Source of the DNA: Candidatus Kaiserbacteria bacterium
GTDB taxonomy: Bacteria > Patescibacteriota > Minisyncoccia > Phycocordibacterales > JABMNX01
DNA length: 56,879 nucleotides
NCBI GenBank assembly: GCA_016186705.1
Contig: JACPLB010000007.1
Location: 1 to 56,879, forward strand
Direction: 5' to 3'
The notes below the pieces were generated by a model. The model saw nothing but the letters and a program-made list of their open reading frames with translations, ran no database searches and had not been told where the DNA came from. Position 1 is the first letter of the stretch. Each line of letters opens with the position of its first letter. The translations under genes and the position numbers were made by a program. Positions 8,945 to 16,667 of this stretch are shown here, in pieces.

Positions 8945-8984
8945 AAAGGACATGTCCTTTTGCATGTGGATAAAGTCCTTTATC
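8945..8984. promoter_or_regulatory. Two adjacent palindromes upstream of the fibre gene (candidate operator)
   Basis: AAAGGACATGTCCTTT (8945-8960) is a perfect 16-bp palindrome. GATAAAG-tc-CTTTATC (8969-8984) is a 7-2-7 inverted repeat. Both lie 30-70 bp upstream of the start codon at 8914/8902 on the minus strand. Confidence 0.25.
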
Positions 8985-9022
8985 TGTCTCTTTAGGGACG
9001 TCAAGAACAGAGCAAAAAAATT

Positions 9023-9056
9023 AAAACACCTCCTCGTTTTGCCGAGAAGGTGTTTT
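9023..9056 (-). terminator. Rho-independent terminator after the double-HTH gene
   Basis: A 14-bp stem (9023-9036 / 9043-9056) with loop TTTTGC. The single C:A mismatch on the plus strand becomes a G:U wobble in the minus-strand RNA. On the minus strand the stem is followed by a T-rich run (plus-strand AAAAAAATTAAAA at 9014-9026). It lies 18 nt downstream of the stop at 9074. Confidence 0.5.
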
Positions 9057-9073
9057 TATGAGGCAAAAAATAT

Positions 9074-10141
9074 CTATTTCGCCTTGTATTCAATTTTTTC
9101 CTCAAATAGATTGATAAAAAATAGGGTAAGGCCCTCTAAAAAGCTGTTTTTTGATGCGGTAGAGGCAGTACCAACGTGTACGCCCTTTTTATTCAGCGTG
9201 TATGACAAGATAACAGTGCTTATAGTACCTTCCTCTGCCTTAAATACAAGTCTGTGCGGCGCAATACTTACACTTACTGAAAGGATCAGCATGCAAAGAC
9301 CTACAAAGGCAATCCCTGGCGCTGAAAGCGACGTGTGTCGCCGGTAGTGTGTACTTTTGCGGGTTGGTATTTTTTCTGAGTACTGATTTCCACCGCGCCG
9401 AGAAGGAGCAATGCGAATGGTTCGTATGGGCACGCGCCGTATGGGAATATTGTTTGAATATGGGTCTTCTGCCTTATCTTCAAGGATTTCGTGCAAAACA
9501 GGGCGTCGCATGCGTTTTAGCTCGGGCATTAACGGATTGCTGTCTTGTGTGTATATTGTTGGCGTGGTTAAAATCGCCTTTTGGACAAGCTGTTCTTTCA
9601 CTTCACGCTCCAAAATGTCTTCTTTTTTTAAGAGTGGCGCAATAGTGGAAGAAGTGCTGAATGTGGTGTCCTTAGGGACCACCTTCTTAAACTCCGCGTA
9701 AACAACGGAGGAAGGAATATACCATCCTCTTCCCACCTGCCGTGCTTCAATTTTCCCTGTCCGGCAGAGCTGGCCAATATAGTCTTGGGTGTACCCCATG
9801 AGTTCAGCTGCTCGTTTAGACGAGATATATTCTTTCCCATCAAGCATTAAAGAGCGGTTTTGCTTTTTTGTGTTGAGATGATTAGCTTTTTCGTTTGATG
9901 ACTCATTGGATATCAACGAAGAAACTTGGACACGCTTACCCTCAAATTCACTCTCACACACGTACCACACGCCGCTCACGCGTTCCGCGGGCAGTTTCCC
10001 TGTCCGGCAGAGCTGGCCAATATAGTCTTGGGTGTACCCCATGAGTTCAGCTGCTCGTTTAGACGAGATATAATTTCTACCACCGATAATGATGTTGTCC
10101 ATTACTTCCATTATACGACTGATACAATGAAAGTAAGCCAC
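9074..10141 (-). CDS. Membrane protein with two tandem excisionase-type HTH domains and a C-terminal TM helix
   Basis: 355-aa ORF (GTG 10141; ATG alternatives at 10111 and 10102). It has two HTH_17-like modules: NYISSKRAAELMGYTQDYIGQLCRTGKLPAERVSGVWYV and EYISSKRAAELMGYTQDYIGQLCRTGKIEARQVGRGWYI. A TM helix lies near the C-terminus (GIAFVGLCMLILSVSVSIAP). Confidence 0.75.
   Translation of the reverse strand: MAYFHCISRIMEVMDNIIIGGRNYISSKRAAELMGYTQDYIGQLCRTGKLPAERVSGVWYVCESEFEGKRVQVSSLISNESSNEKANHLNTKKQNRSLMLDGKEYISSKRAAELMGYTQDYIGQLCRTGKIEARQVGRGWYIPSSVVYAEFKKVVPKDTTFSTSSTIAPLLKKEDILEREVKEQLVQKAILTTPTIYTQDSNPLMPELKRMRRPVLHEILEDKAEDPYSNNIPIRRVPIRTIRIAPSRRGGNQYSEKIPTRKSTHYRRHTSLSAPGIAFVGLCMLILSVSVSIAPHRLVFKAEEGTISTVILSYTLNKKGVHVGTASTASKNSFLEGLTLFFINLFEEKIEYKAK
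9752..9829. repeat. 78-bp perfect direct repeat, copy 1 (codes the HTH core)
   Basis: tttccctgtccggcagagctggccaatatagtcttgggtgtaccccatgagttcagctgctcgtttagacgagatata is identical at 9752-9829 and 9995-10072. Confidence 0.95.
9995..10072. repeat. 78-bp perfect direct repeat, copy 2 (codes the HTH core)
   Basis: Identical to 9752-9829, offset 243 bp (81 codons, in frame). Confidence 0.95.
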
Positions 10142-10258
10142 ACCTTGTGTGGATTATTGCGTCGTATAGGCGAAATCCCTTTACTTACAGCCAATACGGA
10201 GTAGACGAGATAGTTGACGAGATTTCCAACATTTCGATCGAGAATGTGATGCCGCCCG

Positions 10259-11677
10259 TTATGAAGAGATTTTCTCTTGTATCAGCTTTGACAATAATTG
10301 AGGGTTTGCAGAGCCCTTGCTTTTTTTCATTGCCTGCCCGACAAGATAGTGAAGCGCTGACTCTTTCCCGTTTTTGTATTCACGTATTGCTTCAGGATGT
10401 TCTTTGATAATACCATCAACAAGTATGAGGAGCTTATCGTGACCGCTTTCTTGGAGCAGACTCTGTTTTGTTGCAATAGTCATCGGGTCTCCTCCGTCTC
10501 TTAAAAGAATGTGTAGAATATCTTTCGCTCCGCGAGATGATATCTCTCCCTTTTTAAGCATTTTAACCATATTAACAAAATTAACCCCAAGTTCTTTAGC
10601 ATTCTCGCCGAGTCGAGAAGTTAAACCGACGACATCGGAAACAATGTAGTTAACGGCCAGAGCAAATGTCTCCTTGTCTTTTGAGAATGCCGGTATCACA
10701 TGTCCTTCAAGCAGGCGCTCATACACCTTATTGCGGACAAACAGCTCGATGTCCGTCTCTTTTATCCCAATGTCATGTGCGTATCTTTTTCTTTTCTCCC
10801 ATGGCAGTTCCGGCAATTCTTTTCTTAAGACTTCTTTGTGCATACGAGGGAGCTCTGATATATAGAGCTTCGGCAAGTCGGGGTCGGGCATATACCGATA
10901 ATCGTGAGACTCTTCTTTTACCCTTTGGGAAAATGTCTCTTGTTTTGACTCGTCCCAGCCGCGCGTTTCCTGTACCACTCGCTCCCCTCTTTTAAGCATA
11001 TCGCTTTGCCGTTTTACTTCGTATTCTATTGCGCGCTCCACTGCCCTAAAAGAGTTGAGATTTTTTACTTCAACCTTGGTCCCTTTCTCAGCGCCCGGGC
11101 TGACGGATACATTGGCTTCAACGCGCATTTCCCCTTTTTCCATATTTGCTTCTCCTGCGCCGAGATACCGGAGCAAGAGCTGAAGCTCTTTCGCAAAGTC
11201 GCTCGCGGCCTTTGCGCTTTCAATAACCGGCTCCGTTACCAATTCCATAAGCGGAATGCCGGAGCGGTTAAAATCAATGAGACTTTGTTCCCCCGTATCG
11301 TGAACAGAGCGCGCCGTGTCCTCTTCAAGATGTATCCTGGTAAGAGCAACACCGTTCAGGGTTCCCCCTTTCACAAGCGGGTGCTTGTACTGGCTGATTT
11401 GATACCCTTTTGGCAGGTCAGGATAGAAATAGCTTTTTCTGTCAAACTCGGTGTAATCAGCCAACTCACCCCCGAGTGCCGCGCCCATCTTAAGCACATG
11501 CTTGACCGCCTCCCGGTTAATAACAGGGAGTGTCCCTGGATGCCCCATGCAGATCGGTCAGATGTTCACGTTCGGCAATGACTCGTCGGGGTCATTCTTT
11601 GAATCACAGAACATTTTTGTTCTGGTTTTGAGTTCCGCATGTATCTCTAACCCGATTGTAGGCGTATACTTTACCAT
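10259..11677 (-). CDS. gatB: Asp/Glu-tRNA(Asn/Gln) amidotransferase subunit B, interrupted by one in-frame TGA (codon 40)
   Basis: From ATG 11677 the frame reads MVKYTPTIGLEIHAELKTRTKMFCDSKNDPDESLPNVNI-TGA-PICMGHPGTLPVINREAV..., colinear with GatB N-termini. The uninterrupted ORF 10259..11548 (429 aa) carries the GatB core (YFYPDLPKGYQISQ, RIHLEEDTA, MEKGEMRVEANVS) and the C-terminal helical tail. The TGA is at 11558-11560. Confidence 0.85.
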
Positions 11678-11698
11678 TCCGCTACTGTAGCAAAAATG

Positions 11699-12670
11699 CT
11701 ATTCCTTTAAAAGTTTAACAAGAGCGTCTGAGAATACCTTCATGGAGACGTCATTGAGAACTGAGACAACAAACACCTCTCGCGACATTCGTTCTCTGAA
11801 GAGATTATTTGTCTCTCTTGCCTTTTCATCTGATACAAGATCGCTTTTTGTAAGGACGATAATCTCTTTTTTCGCTCCAAGCTCTTCGTTATATGAGAGA
11901 AGTTCCTGCCGAATTGTTTCATAATCTTCAAACACAGTAACGGTTTCAAGAGAGATGCAATGAATGAGTACCCTTGTGCGCGTAATGTGCCTGAGAAATT
12001 TATACCCTAAACCTTTTCCTCCTGACGCCCCTTCTATAAGGCCCGGAATGTCTGCGAGTATAAAACCGTAAAAATCGCCGAGATTCGGGTCAAGCGTCGT
12101 AAACTGATAACTCCCTACTTTTGCCCGCGCGTGCGTGAGCGCGTTCAGGAGACTCGTCTTTCCCGCATTCGGCAACCCTATGATGCCGGCGTCCGCGATA
12201 AGGGCGAGTTCAATGTAAAAATCAGCACTTTCTCCTTTCTTTCCCGGTGTCCATTCTTTTGGGCGGATATTCCGCGAACTTTTGAAATGCTCGTTTCCCA
12301 AGCCGCCGCGTCCGCCTGTGAGCATAAGCGTCTCTTCCCCGTCCGAGAGAAGTTCAAATGACTTCCCTGTCTTTTTGTTGGTTACGATCGAACCTACGGG
12401 AAGATTGATGCAGAGAGCGCCTCCGTCTTTTCCGTGCCTGCTGTTTTTCTCCCCGCCCCCTCCCCGTTCAGCCTCAAAATGAGTATGGCCGCGGTATTTT
12501 GAGAGTATATTAATATCGCGGACGGCTCGTGCGTATACACTGCCGCCCGACCCGCCGTCTCCGCCCGATGGTCCGCCGAACTCTTTCCCTTTCTCATGAA
12601 GCCAACGGACAACGCCGTTCCCGCCGTCTCCCGCCTTAACCGATAACGTGATTTCATCAATGAATTTCAT
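11699..12670 (-). CDS. obg: GTPase Obg/CgtA
   Basis: N-terminal Obg fold with Gly-rich strands (KAGDGGNGVV, GGPSGGDGGSGGSVY). G domain motifs are G1 GLPNAGKTSLL, G3 DIPGLIEGA and G4 TKSD. Confidence 0.92.
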   Translation of the reverse strand: MKFIDEITLSVKAGDGGNGVVRWLHEKGKEFGGPSGGDGGSGGSVYARAVRDINILSKYRGHTHFEAERGGGGEKNSRHGKDGGALCINLPVGSIVTNKKTGKSFELLSDGEETLMLTGGRGGLGNEHFKSSRNIRPKEWTPGKKGESADFYIELALIADAGIIGLPNAGKTSLLNALTHARAKVGSYQFTTLDPNLGDFYGFILADIPGLIEGASGGKGLGYKFLRHITRTRVLIHCISLETVTVFEDYETIRQELLSYNEELGAKKEIIVLTKSDLVSDEKARETNNLFRERMSREVFVVSVLNDVSMKVFSDALVKLLKE

Positions 12671-13332
12671 GTACGCAAAGACGTGTTCTGATTTCGCTTA
12701 TGCCGCGCGTAATAAAATGAAAACGAAGAAATAAAGAGGGCGAGCCCAATCGCGCTTATCATTGTAAGTACCGCATAATCTTTCTCAAGAATTGCGTTCC
12801 CTCCGTATGCCCATATAAACGAGAATGGAGTGATACCGATAACCGTCGTGACGGCGTACATCGGGAATCGAACGGAACTCGCCAGTCCTATGGCGTAACT
12901 TAAAATATCAACCGGCATAATGACACGAAGAAATATGAGCCACCAGAAAAGGTGTTTTTCGGGTATATACGACTCGTAGCGCTCCAGGTGTTTCGTGTCA
13001 ACGAAGCGAGAGAGGTACGGACGGGCAAGATGCCGCGCAATGAAAAAAGCAATGTACGCGCCGATTGCCCAACCAATGACACTATAGATAGCTGTCAAAA
13101 ACGGTCCAACGATGATTGAAACTGCCGGCGAGAGCGGAAGTCCCGCGAACGGAGCGAAGACCGTCGTTACAATAATGAGAGCGGTGTATACGATGCCCGT
13201 GATTATCTTACTGTCTCCCAAATGTTCTTCCGCGTACATCCGAGGAGTGTCAAAGAAGAAAGACAGAGTCAAAAGAACAACGAAGATAATAAAAAGGACG
13301 TTTGTCCACATCGAAAGGCGGCGTATCTTCAT
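12667..13332 (-). CDS. TVP38/TMEM64 (DedA/SNARE-associated) family membrane protein
   Basis: 221 aa and multi-TM. The pattern FAPFAGLPLSP..GWAIGAYIAFFIARHLARPYL..LRVIMPVDILSYAIGLASSVRF..GITPFSFIWAYGG is typical of the VTT domain. A 4-nt overlap with the obg start indicates coupling. Confidence 0.7.
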   Translation of the reverse strand: MKIRRLSMWTNVLFIIFVVLLTLSFFFDTPRMYAEEHLGDSKIITGIVYTALIIVTTVFAPFAGLPLSPAVSIIVGPFLTAIYSVIGWAIGAYIAFFIARHLARPYLSRFVDTKHLERYESYIPEKHLFWWLIFLRVIMPVDILSYAIGLASSVRFPMYAVTTVIGITPFSFIWAYGGNAILEKDYAVLTMISAIGLALFISSFSFYYARHKRNQNTSLRT

Positions 13333-13335
13333 ATT

Positions 13336-13671
13336 CTAATCGATTAATTTTTCCGCGCTCCAGTGAACAATGGCTATAATGAATGCGCCGACAAAAGCGG
13401 GAATAAAGCCGTCAACGGAAAAACCGTCAATGAACGTTGAGACAAACCAAAAGATTCCCGCATTCACCACGAACGTGAAAAGACCAAGTGTCAGGAGATT
13501 GATGGGGAGCGTCAGAATGAGGAGTATCGGCTTAAGAATAAGATTGATAAGTCCAAGCACGACTGCAACAATAAGCGCGATGTAAAAGCTTGCGATTGTA
13601 ATCCCCGGCACAACTTGAGAGACCAGTAAGAGCGCGAGTACAGTTAAGAAGAATTTTGTGATGATTCCCAT
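13336..13671 (-). CDS. DUF360 / phage-holin-4_2 family four-TM membrane protein
   Basis: 111 aa with four hydrophobic segments. VPGITIASFYIALIVAVVLGLINLILKPILLILTLPINLLTLGLFTFVVNA is typical of this family. Confidence 0.65.
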   Translation of the reverse strand: MGIITKFFLTVLALLLVSQVVPGITIASFYIALIVAVVLGLINLILKPILLILTLPINLLTLGLFTFVVNAGIFWFVSTFIDGFSVDGFIPAFVGAFIIAIVHWSAEKLID

Positions 13672-13747
13672 ACAACATTTTTATGACATGCACAGTATAC
13701 CATTTCCTTCCGCTCTATAAAAAAGCCCGGTGTGAGCATGCCCGTTG

Positions 13748-16279
13748 TTATTTTTCTATTAGCTTCCATGTTCCTTCTTCAATAAGCGTCTTGGCTTTTT
13801 TGTACTTGATGTCTCTCGTCGCACGGCCGTCGGTAATCGTGACGATATCGTTTCTGCCAATTTTTCTCTTTGTTGTTACCGACGTCCTCGGTAACGTGAC
13901 CTCTTTAGTCGCAGAGGTAATGAGACTTGCATGCTCATGCACCTCCCTCGTCTTTTTCGTTTGAAGCGCGAATGCATCGGCGGCAATATTGGGGAGCAGT
14001 TCCCGGATACGATGTTCGTACGAATATTCCATCTCTTTAAACATACGCAATCCTTCTTTCTTGTATTCAACAAGGGGGTCACGTTGCCCGTACGCGCGCA
14101 AATTCACGCTTCCGCGCATGTAATCCATCATCTCAAGATGCTCTACCCACAGGAAATCTATCGTCTGAAGGAGCATTCTTTGCACCGCGCCGATAAACTC
14201 ATCGTCTCCAAGCGCTTCTTTTTTCTCCATGACAATTTTGAGCATATCTGTATCCCCTTCCAAGATTTCTTCGAGTGTCTGTTCAATATCTTTGTTGGAA
14301 CCGGAGAGAACTTTCCCCCGCCGTTCATAGATGGTCTTCCGCTGATGGTTTAAAACGTCATCGTACTGAAGGACGTGCTTGCGAGCGTCAAAGTGAAACC
14401 CTTCAATCTTCGTCTGCGCCGCTTCAAGCGAACGCGTAATCATCCTGTTTTCAATCGGCTGGTCTTCGGGAATGCCGAAGCGGCCCATCATTCGCTTAAT
14501 CACGTCAGATGCAAAAACGCGCATCAGGGTATCTTCAAGCGAAACAAAAAATTGCGTCTCTCCCGGGTCTCCTTGCCTGCCAGAGCGTCCGCGAAGCTGG
14601 TTGTCAATTCTGCGGGCTTCGTGCCGCTCCGTGCCGAGCACAAAGAGGCCGCCGAGATTTTTGACTTCTTCGTACTCATCTTTACTTGCCGGATTTCCGC
14701 CGAGCTTGATGTCGACTCCGCGTCCTGCCATATTCGTCGCAATCGTTACATTTCCCTTTTTACCGGCTTGTGCGATGATTTCACCTTCCTGTTCATGATT
14801 TTTCGCGTTGAGTATCTGATGCCTAACGCCGGCCTTCTTTAAATGAACGCTTAGGAGTTCATTTTTTTCGATTGAAACCGTGCCTATAAGAACCGGTTGT
14901 CTTTTTTGGTTCAGCTCTTTTACTTTTTTGGCAATCGCGTTTAACTTCCCCCGCTCCGTCTGAAAAATCAAATCGTCGCGGTCGGCACGTTGAGACAAAG
15001 CATTTGTTGGAATCGGCAAAACGTCGAGGCCGTAGACTTTGTAAAATTCCTCGGACGAAGTCATGGCAGTTCCCGTCATCCCCGCGATTTTTTTGTAGAG
15101 CCGGAAATAGTTCTGAAACGTAATTGATGCAAATGTGCGCGATTCACGCTGTATCGGCACTCCTTCTTTTGCTTCAATCGCCTGATGGAGTCCTTCGGAC
15201 CAGCGCCTCCCCGGTTGAAGCCGTCCGGTAAATTCGTCAACAATAATGACTTGATTGTCGCGAAGGACGTATTCTTTGTCTTTTTTAAAGAGCGCCTTCC
15301 CGCGTACCGCCGTTTCAAGGTGGTGCACGTACTTGATTCCGCGCTCGGTGTAGATATTATCAACGCCCAAGAGACGCTCCGCTTTCCCGATGCCCTCGTC
15401 CGTAAGCGTAATCGCCTTTTGTTTCTCGTCTATCGCATAATCGCTTCCTTCATGAAGCTCCGCAGCGATGTGCGCGAACACGATATAGAGGTTTTCCGAT
15501 TCAGCCGTCGGTCCGGATATAATAAGCGGCGTACGCGCCTCGTCTATCAAAATCGAATCAATTTCGTCCACTATCACGAAATGGTGTCCGCGTTGGCGCA
15601 GTTCGTCTTTTTCATATTCGATATTATCCCGTAGATAGTCGAACCCAAACTCGTTATTCGTTCCGTATGTAATGTCTGCAGCGTATGCCTCCTTTCGAGA
15701 ACATGGCCGGAGAAACTCGTGCACAACTTTGAATGAACCGAGTTTGTCTCGCACTGCGTCATCTTTGGCGTCAGCGGTGTGCCCCCTATCGTAGAGAAAT
15801 GACTCTTCTTGATTAATAACCCCGATAGATAATCCCAAAAATGCGTATATCTGACCCATCCAGACTCCATCACGGCGGGAGAGATAGTCGTTCACCGTCA
15901 CTACATGTACCCCCTTTCCGGATAGCGCGTTGAGATATACCGGGAGTGTCGCGACAAGGGTTTTACCTTCCCCGGTACGCATCTCCGCAATGTCTCCTTG
16001 GTGAAGCACGATGCCGCCCAGAAGTTGTACGTCGAAATGCCGCTGTCCAAGCGTCCGTTTCGCCGCTTCCCGGACAGCGGCGAAAGCCTCTGGAAGAATG
16101 TCGTCGAGCGGCTCCCCTTCTGTGAGACGTTTCCGGAATTCACTTGTCTTACCCTCTATCTCTCTATCAGAAAGTCTCGCAAACAACGTTTCGAGGCTGT
16201 TTATCTTGTGAACCAGCGGATGAAGCTTATTGAGCCGAGCAGCATGACCGTCCCCAAACAGTCCTTTGAGCGAAAACAT
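13748..16279 (-). CDS. secA: Preprotein translocase ATPase SecA
   Basis: MRTGEGKTLVATL (Walker A), VIVDEIDSILIDEARTPLIISG, TNMAGRGVDIKLGG and LRGRSGRQGDPG. The tracked ORF starts at TTG 16306. ATG 16279 (MFSLKGLFGD..) matches typical SecA N-termini. The C-terminal ~60 aa lack the Cys-rich zinc tail. Confidence 0.93.
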   Translation of the reverse strand: MFSLKGLFGDGHAARLNKLHPLVHKINSLETLFARLSDREIEGKTSEFRKRLTEGEPLDDILPEAFAAVREAAKRTLGQRHFDVQLLGGIVLHQGDIAEMRTGEGKTLVATLPVYLNALSGKGVHVVTVNDYLSRRDGVWMGQIYAFLGLSIGVINQEESFLYDRGHTADAKDDAVRDKLGSFKVVHEFLRPCSRKEAYAADITYGTNNEFGFDYLRDNIEYEKDELRQRGHHFVIVDEIDSILIDEARTPLIISGPTAESENLYIVFAHIAAELHEGSDYAIDEKQKAITLTDEGIGKAERLLGVDNIYTERGIKYVHHLETAVRGKALFKKDKEYVLRDNQVIIVDEFTGRLQPGRRWSEGLHQAIEAKEGVPIQRESRTFASITFQNYFRLYKKIAGMTGTAMTSSEEFYKVYGLDVLPIPTNALSQRADRDDLIFQTERGKLNAIAKKVKELNQKRQPVLIGTVSIEKNELLSVHLKKAGVRHQILNAKNHEQEGEIIAQAGKKGNVTIATNMAGRGVDIKLGGNPASKDEYEEVKNLGGLFVLGTERHEARRIDNQLRGRSGRQGDPGETQFFVSLEDTLMRVFASDVIKRMMGRFGIPEDQPIENRMITRSLEAAQTKIEGFHFDARKHVLQYDDVLNHQRKTIYERRGKVLSGSNKDIEQTLEEILEGDTDMLKIVMEKKEALGDDEFIGAVQRMLLQTIDFLWVEHLEMMDYMRGSVNLRAYGQRDPLVEYKKEGLRMFKEMEYSYEHRIRELLPNIAADAFALQTKKTREVHEHASLITSATKEVTLPRTSVTTKRKIGRNDIVTITDGRATRDIKYKKAKTLIEEGTWKLIEK

Positions 16280-16305
16280 ACGAAACCTATAGTAGCATAA
16301 ACGCA

Positions 16306-16343
16306 AAATCCCCCCTAGTCATTGACTTCAAGGGAGGATTTTA
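16306..16343 (-). other. 12-bp stem hairpin between the mini-ORF and secA (terminator-like or processing/attenuator element)
   Basis: AAAATCCCCCCT (16306-16317) pairs with AGGGAGGATTTT (16332-16343) around a 14-nt loop. The one C:A mismatch on the plus strand is a G:U wobble on the minus-strand RNA. It is followed on the minus strand by GCGTTTATG and lies only 27 nt upstream of secA ATG 16279. Confidence 0.3.
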
Positions 16344-16365
16344 ACACAATAGTCTTCGAAAAAGA

Positions 16366-16494
16366 CTATCTTCGTCTTCGTCGGCGGGTAGTCTTTTTTG
16401 CTGCCTTCCGGCGTGCCTTTCGGCGAGGAGACTTCCTGGACTTTGCCTTTCGGCGTGCAGGTTTCTTTCCCTTTCGTCGTTTACGTGCTGCCAT
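16366..16494 (-). CDS. Candidate 42-aa Arg/Lys-rich small protein
   Basis: Manual reverse translation gives ATG(16494) MAARKRRKGKKPARRKAKSRKSPRRKARRKAAKKTTRRRRRR TAG(16366-16368). It is on the same strand as the flanking murB and secA and is too short for the 60-aa ORF track. No clear SD. Confidence 0.35.
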   Translation of the reverse strand: MAARKRRKGKKPARRKAKSRKSPRRKARRKAAKKTTRRRRRR

Positions 16495-16667
16495 GACACT
16501 ACATAGTTTTAATCTTCAAGTAATGTCGACCGACTCCTCTTATGTGCAAAAGAACGTCATTGTAACGCGCGAGAGAAGTTACTTACATTATCAAATGTAT
16601 ACATCGTGAATACAATGAAATATGGAAATTTTTGTGGATAACTTTTTATTTTCGACAGGCGCGGGCG

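Noticed and set aside
8969-8984. A shared GATAAAG/CTTTATC half-site between this inverted repeat and the outer ends of the 48-bp palindrome at 17968-18015, hinting at a common regulator
   Set aside because: A 7-mer in AT-rich DNA is expected to occur several times by chance in 57 kb on two strands. There is no further similarity beyond the 7-8 nt.
10190-10215. A direct repeat GACGAGAT x2 upstream of the double-HTH gene, also resembling part of the 78-bp repeat (tagacgagata)
   Set aside because: The match is short (8-11 nt). The upstream frame is closed by a stop, so it is not a degenerate third HTH copy. It is most likely chance.
11006-11581. A 191-aa plus-strand ORF overlapping the gatB TGA region
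   Set aside because: It is antisense to the conserved GatB coding sequence. The GatB frame explains the region, including the sequence upstream of Met44.
13748-13950. The SecA C-terminal tail lacks the Cys-rich zinc-binding motif
   Set aside because: Many bacterial SecA proteins lack the zinc tail, so this is not unusual enough to report as a finding.
16322-16609. A 95-aa plus-strand ORF (Phe/Arg-rich) preceded by an AGGGAGGA SD-like sequence
   Set aside because: The SD-like sequence lies just inside the tracked ORF (16332-16339, after the TTG at 16322) and has no start codon at a proper distance downstream. It is also one arm of a hairpin. The ORF is the mirror image of the Arg/Lys-rich minus-strand mini-ORF, and all neighbouring genes are on the minus strand.
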